Shown one piece after another: positions 36,979 to 46,936 of a stretch of 64,000 nt of DNA. A program made the translations under genes and the position numbers. The notes under the pieces are model-generated. The model saw only the letters and a list, made by a program, of their open reading frames with translations, was not told the DNA's origin and searched no databases. Every line of letters starts with the position of its first letter. The first letter of the stretch is position 1. The stretch is from Eubacteriales bacterium (lineage in GTDB: Bacteria; Bacillota; Clostridia; Lachnospirales; Lachnospiraceae), in contig JAUNDP010000010.1 of NCBI GenBank assembly GCA_030526005.1, forward strand, positions 8,004-72,003, in the 5' to 3' direction.

Positions 36979-37884
36979 ATGAAAAGAAAAATAAAAATTG
37001 GAAGCAGAGAGAGCAAGCTGGCAGTCATTCAAAGTGAGATGGTGAGAAAGGCAATCAATCAGTATCATCCGGAAATTGAGACAGAGCTGATCACAATGAA
37101 AACGACAGGAGATTTGATCTTGGACCGTACATTAGATAAGATTGGAGGCAAAGGTCTGTTTGTCAAAGAGCTTGACCGTGCGCTTCTGGATCATCGGAGT
37201 GATCTCTCCGTACATAGCTTAAAAGATATGCCAATGGAAATACAGATGGAACTTCCAATTATAGGATTTTCCAAAAGAGAAGATCCAAGAGACGTACTGG
37301 TATTCCGAAAAGGGGAACGAGAAAGAGACAAAAACCTTCCGATTGGATGCAGCAGTCAGAGAAGAATTTTACAGTTGAAGGAAATTTTTCCAGATGCACA
37401 GTTTCAGGCAGTCAGAGGAAATGTGCTGACACGGCTTCAAAAATTAGACAATGGCGAATACGGGGCGCTGGTTTTGGCAGCAGCAGGATTGAAAAGATTG
37501 GGAATGGAAGAACGCATAGGACGGTATCTGGAACCGGAAGAAGTCATCCCCGCGGCAGGACAGGGCATTCTTGCTATCCAGGGCAGAATAGGGGAAGATT
37601 ATTCCTATCTGAATGAATTTTGTGATAAGAATGCTGAGTATGCAGCACTTTGTGAAAGGGCTTTTGTGAGAACGCTGGACGGGGGATGTTCTTCCCCCAT
37701 TGCAGCATATGCAGTTATAGACGGTGAAACTATGACACTGATGGGATTGTATTACGACGAGGCAACAGGAAATCATACAAAGGGTACCCTGACAGGAAAA
37801 TGCAGTCAGGCAGAAGAGATAGGATGCAGACTTGCAGAAAAATTGAAAGAAGAATGTAAAAAGGAAGGAAGAAAAGACGTATGA
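36979..37884 (+). CDS. hemC: Hydroxymethylbilane synthase (porphobilinogen deaminase)
   Basis: IKIGSRESKLAVIQSEMV..., TTGD and GGKGLFVKELD are typical of HemC. Confidence 0.9.
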   Translation: MKRKIKIGSRESKLAVIQSEMVRKAINQYHPEIETELITMKTTGDLILDRTLDKIGGKGLFVKELDRALLDHRSDLSVHSLKDMPMEIQMELPIIGFSKREDPRDVLVFRKGERERDKNLPIGCSSQRRILQLKEIFPDAQFQAVRGNVLTRLQKLDNGEYGALVLAAAGLKRLGMEERIGRYLEPEEVIPAAGQGILAIQGRIGEDYSYLNEFCDKNAEYAALCERAFVRTLDGGCSSPIAAYAVIDGETMTLMGLYYDEATGNHTKGTLTGKCSQAEEIGCRLAEKLKEECKKEGRKDV

Positions 37885-39389
37885 CAGGAAAAGTATGGTT
37901 AGTAGGAGCAGGTCCTTCCGATCCGGGACTGTTTACACTAAAAGGAAAACAGACGCTGGAAAATGCGGATGTCGTGGTATATGACAGACTGGCAGGACAG
38001 GGGATTTTAAGTATGATTCCGGAAAAAGCAGAATTGATTGACGTCGGAAAAAGAGCAGGAAATCATACGATGCCGCAGGAACAGATCAACAAAGTATTAT
38101 TAGAAGAAGCCCAAAAAGGAAAACAAGTTGTCCGGTTAAAAGGCGGAGATCCATTTTTATTTGGACGAGGCGGAGAAGAACTGGAACTGCTTGTTCAAAA
38201 TCATATTCCATATGAGATTGTTCCAGGCGTGACATCAGCGCTGTCTGTTCCGGCATACAATGGGATTCCTGTGACACACCGGGATTTCTGTTCTTCTTTA
38301 CACATCATCACGGGGCATAAGCGAAAAGGTCAGGAATATGATATCGACTTTGAAGCCCTTGTCAGAACAAAGGGAACGCTCGTATTTTTGATGGGAGTAT
38401 CTGCATTGCGAGATATCTGCGAGGGGCTGCAAAAGGGAGGAATGGAACCTGATATGCCGGCAGCAGTCTTACAGCAGGGAACGACATCAAATCAGAAAAG
38501 AATTGTTGCGACAGTTGCCACATTGGCAGATGAGACAGAAAAACAGGGGATCGAGACGCCGGCTATTATTGTTGTCGGAAAAGTCTGCGGTCTGGCGCAG
38601 GAATTTGAATGGTATGAAAAACTGCCTTTGTTTGGAAAGAAAATTGTTGTGACACGTCCAAAAGATCTGGTTTCGCGCATGACAAGAGAACTGAGAAAAA
38701 AAGGCGCAGAAGTTTTGGAACTTCCGGCGATTCGCACGGAAGCGATGGAAGACCAAAGCAATCTGATTCAGAAAGTAAGACAAATCGAGACGTATCAATG
38801 GATTGTATTTACAAGTCCAACAGGCGTAAAGGTATTTTTTGAGGTGCTTCAAAGAGAAAAAATAGACATTCGATGTCTTTGGAATGTAAAAATAGCCGTG
38901 ATTGGGGAAGGAACAAAAAAAGAACTGGAGAAACATGGAATGTACCATGATTTGATGCCAGAGACGTATGATGGAAAATCACTTGGAGAAGCTCTTGCAG
39001 CAGTGTGTCAGGGAACAGAAAAGATTTTGATCCCAAGAGCAGCGCTTGGAACACCGGAACTCTTAAATGCACTGCATACAAAACCAGGACTGATCGTAGA
39101 TGATATAGCAACATATGATACTTTATATGAACACTCAAAACTGATCAGTGAAAAAGAAGAATTTGAGCAGGGAAAAGTAGACTATGCTGTCTTTACAAGC
39201 GCTTCGACAGTAAGAGGATTTGCAGAGGCTGCAAAAGGACTTGATTTTTCTCTGGTGAAAGCGGTTTGCATCGGAAAACAGACAGCGCAAGAAGCGCAGA
39301 AATTAGGAATGAAGACGTATATTTCCGAGAAAGCGACAATAGACAGTGTAATTGCATTGACAGAACAATTATGTCGGTCAAAGGCATGA
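37881..39389 (+). CDS. cobA/hemD: Bifunctional uroporphyrinogen-III C-methyltransferase / uroporphyrinogen-III synthase
   Basis: The N-terminus (VWLVGAGPSDPGLFTLKG...LKGGDPFLFGRGGEE) is a SUMT domain, and the C-terminal ~250 aa are HemD-like. The start overlaps the hemC stop. Confidence 0.9.
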   Translation: MTGKVWLVGAGPSDPGLFTLKGKQTLENADVVVYDRLAGQGILSMIPEKAELIDVGKRAGNHTMPQEQINKVLLEEAQKGKQVVRLKGGDPFLFGRGGEELELLVQNHIPYEIVPGVTSALSVPAYNGIPVTHRDFCSSLHIITGHKRKGQEYDIDFEALVRTKGTLVFLMGVSALRDICEGLQKGGMEPDMPAAVLQQGTTSNQKRIVATVATLADETEKQGIETPAIIVVGKVCGLAQEFEWYEKLPLFGKKIVVTRPKDLVSRMTRELRKKGAEVLELPAIRTEAMEDQSNLIQKVRQIETYQWIVFTSPTGVKVFFEVLQREKIDIRCLWNVKIAVIGEGTKKELEKHGMYHDLMPETYDGKSLGEALAAVCQGTEKILIPRAALGTPELLNALHTKPGLIVDDIATYDTLYEHSKLISEKEEFEQGKVDYAVFTSASTVRGFAEAAKGLDFSLVKAVCIGKQTAQEAQKLGMKTYISEKATIDSVIALTEQLCRSKA

Positions 39390-39434
39390 AACATAGAGAG
39401 AAAAGTGGATCCGAAGAGACAGGAGGAAAAAAGT

Positions 39435-40418
39435 ATGGATATGACAGTCAGACCAAGAAGACTGAGAGGCAGTGAAGTCCTTAGAAAAATGGTGAGAGAG
39501 ACGAGAATGGATAAGTCTTCTTTGATTTATCCGATGTTTGTTCAGGAGGGAACAAACAGGGAAGAGCCGATTCCATCTATGGAAGGACAGTATCGCTACA
39601 GCATTGACCGGATGATGTTTGAACTGGAACGTCTGGAAAAAGCAGGAGTGTCCAGCATTATGCTGTTTGGGATTCCAGACCATAAAGATGAGATGGGAAG
39701 CGGCGCTTATGATGAAAATGGAATTGTGCAGAAAGCTCTGCGCGAGGCAAAAAAGAGATTTCCTGATTTTTATTATGTGACAGATGTGTGTATGTGTGAA
39801 TATACATCCCACGGTCATTGCGGCGTCCTTTGCGGTCATGAAGTGGAAAATGATGAGACATTAAAACTGCTGGCAAAAACAGCGCTTTCTCATGTGGAAG
39901 CAGGCGCAGATATGGTAGCTCCTTCCGATATGATGGACGGCCGTGTCAGAGCAATCAGACAATGCCTTGATCTGGCGGGACATAAAGAGACGCCGATCAT
40001 GTCTTATGCAGTGAAATATGCGTCAGCATTTTATGGCCCGTTTCGCGAGGCGGCAGGATCAGCGCCGGCTTTCGGAGACAGAAAATCATATCAAATGGAT
40101 TATCACAATAAAAAGGAAGGTATAAAAGAAGCGCTTCTTGACATTGAAGAGGGAGCAGACATTATCATGGTAAAGCCGGCGATGTCTTATTTGGATGTGG
40201 TAAATGAAGTGTCTAAGATCGTCCATGTTCCAGTTGCTTCTTATAGTGTAAGCGGTGAATATGCAATGGTAAAAGCAGCCGCAAAGATGGGATGGATTGA
40301 TGAAGAAAAAATTATCGGTGAGATGGCAGTGAGCGCTTACCGCGCCGGATCTGATATTTATATCACATATTTTGCGAAAGAACTGGCAAGAATGATGGAC
40401 GAAGGGAGAATCGGATAA
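39435..40418 (+). CDS. hemB: Porphobilinogen synthase (delta-aminolevulinate dehydratase)
   Basis: RPRRLRGSEVLRKMVRET, the Cys-rich zinc site DVCMCEYTSHGHCG and the active-site region MVKPA are present. AGGAGG lies 8 nt upstream of ATG 39435. Confidence 0.9.
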   Translation: MDMTVRPRRLRGSEVLRKMVRETRMDKSSLIYPMFVQEGTNREEPIPSMEGQYRYSIDRMMFELERLEKAGVSSIMLFGIPDHKDEMGSGAYDENGIVQKALREAKKRFPDFYYVTDVCMCEYTSHGHCGVLCGHEVENDETLKLLAKTALSHVEAGADMVAPSDMMDGRVRAIRQCLDLAGHKETPIMSYAVKYASAFYGPFREAAGSAPAFGDRKSYQMDYHNKKEGIKEALLDIEEGADIIMVKPAMSYLDVVNEVSKIVHVPVASYSVSGEYAMVKAAAKMGWIDEEKIIGEMAVSAYRAGSDIYITYFAKELARMMDEGRIG

Positions 40419-41704
40419 TGACAAAGTCAGAAAAGTTATTTCAGGAGGCAGCAGAGCTTATTCCAGGAGGAGTCAACAGCCCCGTCCGTGCATTTGGATC
40501 AATCGGAGGAACGCCTCGCTTTATTGACCATGCAGACGGCGCTTATATGACAGATGTGGATGGCATTACATATCTGGATTTTATAGGTTCCTGGGGTCCG
40601 ATGATTCTGGGACATAATCATCCGCAGATCCGCAAAAGTGTGGAGGAAGCATGCCAAAAAGGACTGAGCTATGGAGCCGCGACAGAAAAGGAAGTGGAGA
40701 TGGCACGCCTGATCTGCGAAGTTGTTCCATCGATAGAGATGGTGCGCATGGTCAATTCGGGGACAGAAGCAGTCATGAGCGCAGTCCGCGCTGCAAGAGG
40801 ATATACAGGAAGAAATAAAATCGTGAAGTTTATGGGATGCTATCATGGTCATTCCGACGCAATGCTGGTAAAAGCAGGATCAGGCGTTATGACAAGCGGC
40901 ATTCCTGACAGTGCAGGCGTTCCTTCTGGATGTACGCAGGATACGCTCTCAGCCAATTATAATGATCTGGAAAGCGCAGAGACATTGTTTGCACAGTTTG
41001 GAGAAGAGATCGCAGCAGTGATTGTGGAACCTGTCGGAGCAAACATGGGAGTTGTTCCTCCTGAAAAAGGATTTTTGGAGGGACTGCGCAAGCTTTGTAC
41101 AAAATATGGCGCTGTGCTGATCTTTGATGAAGTCATTACAGGATTCCGTCTCGGAATTGATGGCGCCCAGGGATATTATGGTGTGCAGCCGGATCTGACT
41201 ACATTTGGAAAAATTATCGGAGCCGGAATGCCTGTAGGAGCATATGGCGGAAAGAAAGAAATTATGCGCTGCGTTTCACCTGTCGGAAATGTATATCAGG
41301 CAGGTACATTGAGCGGAAATCCGGTTGCCATGGCAGCAGGAATTACTCAGCTGACAATTTTAAGAGATCATCCGGAGATCTATAAAGAATTGAATGAAAA
41401 AGGCGACTGGTTCTTTAAAGAGATGGAAAAGGTTGCAAGAGAAAGCAAAAAACAGTGGCAGGTCAACCATGTGGGATCACTGGGATGTATTTTCTTTACC
41501 GATCAGCCGGTGACAGACTATGCAAGCGCAAAGACATCTGACACAGCCAGATTTGCAAAATATTTCCACTATATGCTGGATCATGGCATCCATCTGGGTC
41601 CATCTCAGTTTGAGGCAATGTTTTTGTCAGCAGCTCACACGGAAGAAGAGCTTCAGAAAACATTGGATATCATCAGAGAATATATGGAAACAGAAGAAAG
41701 ATAG
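40418..41704 (+). CDS. hemL: Glutamate-1-semialdehyde 2,1-aminomutase
   Basis: LIPGGVNSPVRAF, FDEVITGFR and GKIIGAGMPVGAYGG are typical of HemL. The start overlaps the hemB stop. Confidence 0.9.
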   Translation: MTKSEKLFQEAAELIPGGVNSPVRAFGSIGGTPRFIDHADGAYMTDVDGITYLDFIGSWGPMILGHNHPQIRKSVEEACQKGLSYGAATEKEVEMARLICEVVPSIEMVRMVNSGTEAVMSAVRAARGYTGRNKIVKFMGCYHGHSDAMLVKAGSGVMTSGIPDSAGVPSGCTQDTLSANYNDLESAETLFAQFGEEIAAVIVEPVGANMGVVPPEKGFLEGLRKLCTKYGAVLIFDEVITGFRLGIDGAQGYYGVQPDLTTFGKIIGAGMPVGAYGGKKEIMRCVSPVGNVYQAGTLSGNPVAMAAGITQLTILRDHPEIYKELNEKGDWFFKEMEKVARESKKQWQVNHVGSLGCIFFTDQPVTDYASAKTSDTARFAKYFHYMLDHGIHLGPSQFEAMFLSAAHTEEELQKTLDIIREYMETEER

Positions 41705-41777
41705 AATACGAAAAAACATATAGATTCTGTATGAAAAATAGAAAAAAAGAGAAAGGTAAACAAGGGGAAACGAAAAG

Positions 41778-42818
41778 TTGAAGATAGTAGAGACAACAAA
41801 GGCGGTTGGTCAAGTCCTCTGCCATGACTTGACACAGATTATCCGCGGAGAGAAAAAAGGTCCGGCTTTCCGAAAAGGACATATTGTCACCGAAGCAGAT
41901 ATTCCGGTATTGTTATCTATGGGGAAGGACCATCTGTATGTCTGGGAAAACAATGAAAATATGATTCATGAAAATGAGGCGGCACAGATTTTATTTGATC
42001 TGTGCGCGGAAGAAGGAATGGATCATTCCGAGATCAAAGAGGGAAAAATTGAAGTTCTGGCTGATCGAGATGGCCTGCTGAAAGTGGACAGAGAGAAACT
42101 GTATAAGATCAATCATCTTGGAGATATGATGGTTGCTGTCCGCCATGGAGATTTACCTGTAAAAAAAGGTGAGAAACTGGCGGGGACAAGAATTATTCCG
42201 CTTGTGATTGAAAAAGAAAAGATGGAACAGGCAAAGGCAGCTGTCTCTGGGGGAAGCATCTTAAAAATTTTGCCTTTCCATCCGAAAAAGACAGCGATTG
42301 TCACAACAGGAAATGAGGTGTTTTACGGTCGGATTCAGGATACGTTCGGTCCTGTGGTGAGAGAGAAAGCAGCAGAATATTCGTGTGAAGTGATTGGACA
42401 GACGTACTGCGATGACCAGAAAGAACACATTACAGAAGCGATTTGCAAATTTGTGGAGGATGGAGCAGAATTAATTCTGTGCACAGGCGGCATGAGTGTT
42501 GATCCAGATGACTGTACTCCTGGGGCAATCCGCAATACGGGAGCGCACATTGTGACCTATGGAGCGCCAGTATTGCCGGGCGCCATGCTTCTGCTTGCAT
42601 ATCTGAAAAACAGAGAAGGAAAAAACGTCACGATTGTGGGACTTCCAGGATGCGTCATGTATGCAAGGAGAACAATCTTTGACCTTGTGCTTCCGCGCAT
42701 CATCGCAGACGATCCGATCAAAAAAGAAGAGTTGGATGCACTTGGAGAGGGCGGTCTTTGCCTGAACTGTGAAATATGCCATTTTCCAAACTGCGGATTT
42801 GGAAAGGGCAGAATGTGA
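41778..42818 (+). CDS. Molybdopterin-binding (MoCF_BD/MoeA-like) domain protein with a C-terminal Cys cluster
   Basis: 346 aa with a TTG start. The central segment TAIVTTGNEV...ILCTGGMSVDPDD resembles MogA/MoeA-type domains. The C-terminus reads CLNCEICHFPNC. The family call is tentative. Confidence 0.55.
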   Translation: MKIVETTKAVGQVLCHDLTQIIRGEKKGPAFRKGHIVTEADIPVLLSMGKDHLYVWENNENMIHENEAAQILFDLCAEEGMDHSEIKEGKIEVLADRDGLLKVDREKLYKINHLGDMMVAVRHGDLPVKKGEKLAGTRIIPLVIEKEKMEQAKAAVSGGSILKILPFHPKKTAIVTTGNEVFYGRIQDTFGPVVREKAAEYSCEVIGQTYCDDQKEHITEAICKFVEDGAELILCTGGMSVDPDDCTPGAIRNTGAHIVTYGAPVLPGAMLLLAYLKNREGKNVTIVGLPGCVMYARRTIFDLVLPRIIADDPIKKEELDALGEGGLCLNCEICHFPNCGFGKGRM

Positions 42819-42823
42819 GGACT

Positions 42824-43828
42824 ATGGTGAAAGCAGCAGAATTTTATAAAGAATTATGCGAACGTCAGAAAAATGGCTGCGATGTTGCGGCAGCCACTGT
42901 GATTGGCGGAGAACACGCAGGCGAAAAATTTTTTCTGTCGGAGGAAGAACAAGATGGAGAGAAAGAAAAACATCTTTTTGTGGAAACATTTTGTCCTCCT
43001 GCACAGATTGTAATTTGCGGCGGAGGTCATATCTCTGCTGCTCTGGAAAAGATTTTAAAGTTTTTAGGATATAAAATTATGATCTGTGATGACCGAAAAG
43101 AGTTTGCCGATAAAAAACGGTTCTCTTTGGCAGATGAAGTATATCATATTGATTTTGAGACACAGTTCTGTCCGGAAATGTTTGGAACCAATACTTCCTA
43201 TATTGTAGTGACAAGAGGACACCGCGACGATTTGACATGCCTCAGAAAAATTCTGGCTGCGGACAGTCAATTCGCTTCTGAAAAAAAACAAATTGGATAT
43301 ATCGGAATGATTGGAAGCCGAAAAAAAGTGGAACAGGTCTTTGAGAGACTGGAAAGAGAAGGGATTTCCAGAGAGCAGCTTGGGAAAGTCCATGCGCCGA
43401 TTGGTTTAAAGATCGGCGCAAAAACACCGGAAGAGATTGCAGTCAGCATTGCGGCTGAACTTATTCAATATTTTAGTCAGCGAAAAGGATACCGTATAAA
43501 TAAGGAAATCGCTCAAAATATTGGAAAAGAAAAAAGAGAAGTGATGGTGACCGTGATGGAGGCGAGCGGATCGACGCCGGGAAAAACGGGCAGCAGAATG
43601 CTGGTGACGCAAAAAGCATGTTATGGGACAATCGGAGGCGGAAAAAGCGAATACGAACTGCTGCAGAAAGCAAGGCAGAAAATCACGGAAAACGATGATC
43701 AATTTGAAACATTGCGCTGTCAGCTGACAAACGAAGGCGCAGCTTCCCTTGGAATGATCTGCGGAGGAGAGATGCAGGTGTGCATGGAACCTTTGTGGGA
43801 AAATATAAAGAGACATGGAAAGATATAG
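42824..43828 (+). CDS. XdhC/CoxI-family accessory protein
   Basis: It has an XdhC-type N-terminus (FYKELCERQKNGCDVAAATVIGGEHAGEKFF), a Rossmann-like VICGGGHISAALEKILKFLGY, and IGSRKK...HAPIGLKIGAKTPEEIAVSIAAELI. Confidence 0.7.
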   Translation: MVKAAEFYKELCERQKNGCDVAAATVIGGEHAGEKFFLSEEEQDGEKEKHLFVETFCPPAQIVICGGGHISAALEKILKFLGYKIMICDDRKEFADKKRFSLADEVYHIDFETQFCPEMFGTNTSYIVVTRGHRDDLTCLRKILAADSQFASEKKQIGYIGMIGSRKKVEQVFERLEREGISREQLGKVHAPIGLKIGAKTPEEIAVSIAAELIQYFSQRKGYRINKEIAQNIGKEKREVMVTVMEASGSTPGKTGSRMLVTQKACYGTIGGGKSEYELLQKARQKITENDDQFETLRCQLTNEGAASLGMICGGEMQVCMEPLWENIKRHGKI

Positions 43829-43902
43829 AGATCAGGAAGAGGACAGATGTCTGAAAAATGGAAAAGATAGAACGATGGAGTGCAGAAAAAGGAGGTATTT
43901 TT

Positions 43903-44091
43903 ATGGAACCGAAAAGATTATATAAATCAAATACAAATAAAATTATCTGTGGAGTGTGCGGAGGAATCGGAGAGTATTTTGGCATCGATCCGACTTTAAT
44001 TCGCCTCGCACTTGTTCTGTTCAGTTTTACAGGAAGTTCTATCGTTGCTTATATTGTCGCAGCGATTATCATGCCGATGAGACGATATTAA
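43903..44091 (+). CDS. PspC-domain membrane protein
   Basis: LYKSNTNKIICGVCGGIGEYFGIDPTLIRLALVLFSF is the PspC-domain signature. AAAGGAGG lies upstream of ATG 43903. Confidence 0.7.
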   Translation: MEPKRLYKSNTNKIICGVCGGIGEYFGIDPTLIRLALVLFSFTGSSIVAYIVAAIIMPMRRY

Positions 44092-44162
44092 AAAAGCAGA
44101 CATCGAACGCGCTGTTTTCTCATTTGACAGTTTATAAAAAGCCATGTTTTGCAGAGGAGATT

Positions 44163-44192
44163 GTATAGAAAAAGAAAAAATAGACCATACTC
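44163..44192 (+). promoter_or_regulatory. Possible forespore (sigma-G-like) promoter upstream of the SASP gene
   Basis: GTATA (44163-44167), 18 nt, then CATACTC (44186-44192). The consensus I recall is G-H-A-T-R, 17-18 nt, then C-A-T-x-x-T-A, so the last position does not match. Confidence 0.3.
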
Positions 44193-44222
44193 CAGAAAAC
44201 AGAAAGGAGTATGGTTTTATTT

Positions 44223-44426
44223 ATGGCAAAAAAAATAAAAATGACAGATTTGACTCCAGATGAAAAAATGAAATATGAAATTGCAGAGGAACTGGGACTC
44301 TTAGACCGTGTGCTGGAAGAGGGATGGCGCACATTATCAGCAAAAGAAACGGGAAGAATAGGAGGTCTTATGACAAAGAGAAAAAGAATGATGAAAAAGG
44401 AAGCCCTGCAAAAGAATAGCGTCTGA
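44223..44426 (+). CDS. Small acid-soluble spore protein, alpha/beta-type-like
   Basis: KYEIAEELGLLDRVLEEGWRTLSAKETGRIGGLMTKR resembles the SASP alpha/beta core (K.EIA.E.G....S...G.vGG.mtKR). The start is ambiguous between ATG 44211 and ATG 44223. Confidence 0.6.
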   Translation: MAKKIKMTDLTPDEKMKYEIAEELGLLDRVLEEGWRTLSAKETGRIGGLMTKRKRMMKKEALQKNSV

Positions 44427-44501
44427 ATGTAACTTATGATAAAATAAAAAAGCAGAAAAAAGATAGAAAATAGTATAACAAACAGCAAGTGGAGAGAACA
44501 A

Positions 44502-45494
44502 ATGAAAAACTTAATTGAAGATATCAAAAACAGAGAATTTCGAAGAGCATATTTATTATGTGGGGAAGAAAGGTATCTGAAAGTACAGTACAAGAAAAAA
44601 CTCCAGGAAGCAGTCTTAGGAGCAGATGATACAATGAATCTGAATATCTATATAGGAAAAGGAATTGATACGCAAGCCGTTATCGAACAGGCGGAGACAA
44701 TGCCATTTTTTGCGGATCATCGTGTGATTCTGATCGAAAACAGCGGCCTGTTTAAAACAGCAAATGAAGAACTGACAGAGTATTTAAAAAAGATTCCGGA
44801 TGAGACTGTTTTTATCTTTGTGGAAGATGAAGTGGATAAAAGAGGAAAAATGTATAAGGCAGTTAAAAGCGTAGGGCGGATTGTAGAGTTTAACCGCCAG
44901 GATGAAAAAACGCTGATGCAGTGGGTTCTGGGAACTTTAAAGAGAGAGAAAAAGAAAATTACACAGCAGACAATGGAACTTTTTTTAGAAAGAACGGGAA
45001 ATGATATGGAAAATATCTCCCATGAATTAGAAAAACTGCTTTGTTATACAATGGAACGTGAGATTATCACACAAGAAGATGTGATGGAAATCACAGCAGG
45101 GCAGACAGAAAATAAAATTTTTGAAATGATTCGCGCTATTGGAGAAAAAAGACAGAGAGATGCGCTTGATTTCTATTATGATCTGCTTGCACTGAAAGAG
45201 TCACCTATGAAGATTTTGTATCTGCTTGTACGTCAATTTCAATCTTTGCTTCAGGTCAAAGAAATGCTGGGGAATGGATATGATCACAGACAGATTGCAG
45301 CAAAGACAGGGATTCAAAGTTTTATTGTAAAGAATTATGCGAGACAGACACATTTCTTTTCAAGAGAAGAGTTAGAAGAAGCAATCAGAGATTGTGCAGA
45401 GACAGAAGAAGCCGTTAAGACAGGAAAAATAAAAGACGTGCTCAGTGTGGAAATTTTAATTGTGAAATATAGTCAAAAAAAAGCTTTCGACTGA
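44502..45494 (+). CDS. holA: DNA polymerase III delta subunit
   Basis: 330 aa. YLLCGEERYLKVQYKKKL and the overall pattern are HolA-like, and the gene is adjacent to rpsT as in Bacillus. Confidence 0.8.
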   Translation: MKNLIEDIKNREFRRAYLLCGEERYLKVQYKKKLQEAVLGADDTMNLNIYIGKGIDTQAVIEQAETMPFFADHRVILIENSGLFKTANEELTEYLKKIPDETVFIFVEDEVDKRGKMYKAVKSVGRIVEFNRQDEKTLMQWVLGTLKREKKKITQQTMELFLERTGNDMENISHELEKLLCYTMEREIITQEDVMEITAGQTENKIFEMIRAIGEKRQRDALDFYYDLLALKESPMKILYLLVRQFQSLLQVKEMLGNGYDHRQIAAKTGIQSFIVKNYARQTHFFSREELEEAIRDCAETEEAVKTGKIKDVLSVEILIVKYSQKKAFD

Positions 45495-45510
45495 CGGGAT
45501 CGAAAGCTTT
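45480..45510. terminator. Shared hairpin terminator for rpsT (-) and holA (+)
   Basis: AAAGCTTTCGA, a 9-nt loop, then TCGAAAGCTTT. The long A-run on the + side gives a strong T-run for the minus-strand rpsT transcript. Confidence 0.65.
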
Positions 45511-45534
45511 TATCATGATTTCATTTATTTATAA

Positions 45535-45798
45535 TTAAGCAATTCCGTTAACGGCTTTTGTTAAACGAGAAACTTTTCTGGCTGCATTGTTTTTATGATA
45601 AACACCTTTTGTAGCAGCTTTATCGATTGCAGAGATCGCAGCAACTAAAGCAGCTTTTGCAGCTTCTTTATCGTTTGCTACAACAGCAGCATCTACCTTT
45701 TTCATAGCAGTTTTTACGCTAGATCTGATAGCTTTGTTTCTGTCAGCTTTTGTTTTGTTAACTAAAATTCTCTTTTTTGCAGATTTGATGTTAGCCAA
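45535..45798 (-). CDS. rpsT: 30S ribosomal protein S20
   Basis: (L)ANIKSAKKRILVNKTKADRNKAIRSSVKTAMKK is the canonical S20 N-terminus. It has a TTG start with GGAGGTG upstream. The longer tracked ORF has no support. Confidence 0.9.
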   Translation of the reverse strand: MANIKSAKKRILVNKTKADRNKAIRSSVKTAMKKVDAAVVANDKEAAKAALVAAISAIDKAATKGVYHKNNAARKVSRLTKAVNGIA

Positions 45799-45983
45799 TC
45801 CGTACACCTCCAAATTTCCCTGATTATATTTTCGATTTGTATTTGTTTCATTAAAGCCGGACACGGACGTTCTAATGTAAACACACTTATATATATTAAA
45901 TCATACTTTTTTATCTGTCAATACATATTTCGTAAAATATTGCAAAAAATATTAGAAATCAAGGTGAAATGAAAGGAGAACGT

Positions 45984-46931
45984 ATGCTGGGGAATTTTAA
46001 TGTAAGAACAGATCTGGCGCTGGAGGCAAAAGAGGACTGCGACGCACAGAAAATTTCTGTCCGGGGAGTCGCTGTTCAGGAAGAAAAAGATGAAAAAAGA
46101 GAAATCTATACGACAACGGTGAAAATCAGTACAGAAAATGGAGCAAAGGCGATGGGAAAACCGGTTGGCACTTATATTACGATCGAAGCGCCAAATCTTT
46201 CGATTCCAGATGAAGGATATCACCGTGAAATCTCAAAAGAAGTGGCTCGCCATCTAAAAGATCTGATAGGAAAAGAAAAAAAGTCTATTTTTGTTGTGGG
46301 TCTGGGAAATCCCGATATAACTCCCGATGCCCTGGGACCGGAAGTGGTTGGAAATCTTCATATTACACGCCATATTGTGCGAGAATATGGACAGCTGTTT
46401 TTAAAAGAGAAGGAAAGTCGTGAAATCAGTTCACTTGTTCCGGGAGTAATGGCGCAGACCGGAATGGAGACGCTGGAGATCATTCGTGGCGTAGCGCAGG
46501 AAACCAGCCCTGATGTGATGATTGTCATTGATGCGCTGGCAGCTCGAAGTACAAAGCGATTGAATCGTACGATTCAGATAACAGATGCCGGCATTTATCC
46601 GGGATCTGGAGTGGGCAATCATCGAAGCGCAATCAACCGGAAATCGCTTGGCATTCCAGTCATTGCGATCGGTGTCCCTACAGTAGTAGATGCGGCGACG
46701 ATTGTAAATGATACGATGTTTCATCTTGTGGATGCAATGGATGAGTCAGAAAATTTGAAAAATCTGGGCGGCACACTGAAAACATTGAATCGAGAAGAAA
46801 AATATCAAATGATAAGAGAAGTGCTGACTCCAAATCTGAACACCATGTTTGTGACGCCAAAAGATATTGATGAGACGATCAAACGAATCAGCTTTACAAT
46901 CTCAGAAGGAATTAATATCGCATTTGCATAG
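45984..46931 (+). CDS. gpr: Germination protease GPR (spore endopeptidase)
   Basis: MLGNFNVRTDLALEA and VVGLGNPDITPDALGP are typical of GPR. AAAGGAG lies 6 nt upstream. Confidence 0.85.
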   Translation: MLGNFNVRTDLALEAKEDCDAQKISVRGVAVQEEKDEKREIYTTTVKISTENGAKAMGKPVGTYITIEAPNLSIPDEGYHREISKEVARHLKDLIGKEKKSIFVVGLGNPDITPDALGPEVVGNLHITRHIVREYGQLFLKEKESREISSLVPGVMAQTGMETLEIIRGVAQETSPDVMIVIDALAARSTKRLNRTIQITDAGIYPGSGVGNHRSAINRKSLGIPVIAIGVPTVVDAATIVNDTMFHLVDAMDESENLKNLGGTLKTLNREEKYQMIREVLTPNLNTMFVTPKDIDETIKRISFTISEGINIAFA

Positions 46932-46936
46932 CGAGG

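Noticed and set aside
44132-44593. 153-aa minus-strand hydrophobic ORF
   Set aside because: It overlaps the SASP-like gene, its promoter region and the start of holA. The Phe/Ile/Leu-rich, low-complexity translation comes from the complement of A-rich sequence.
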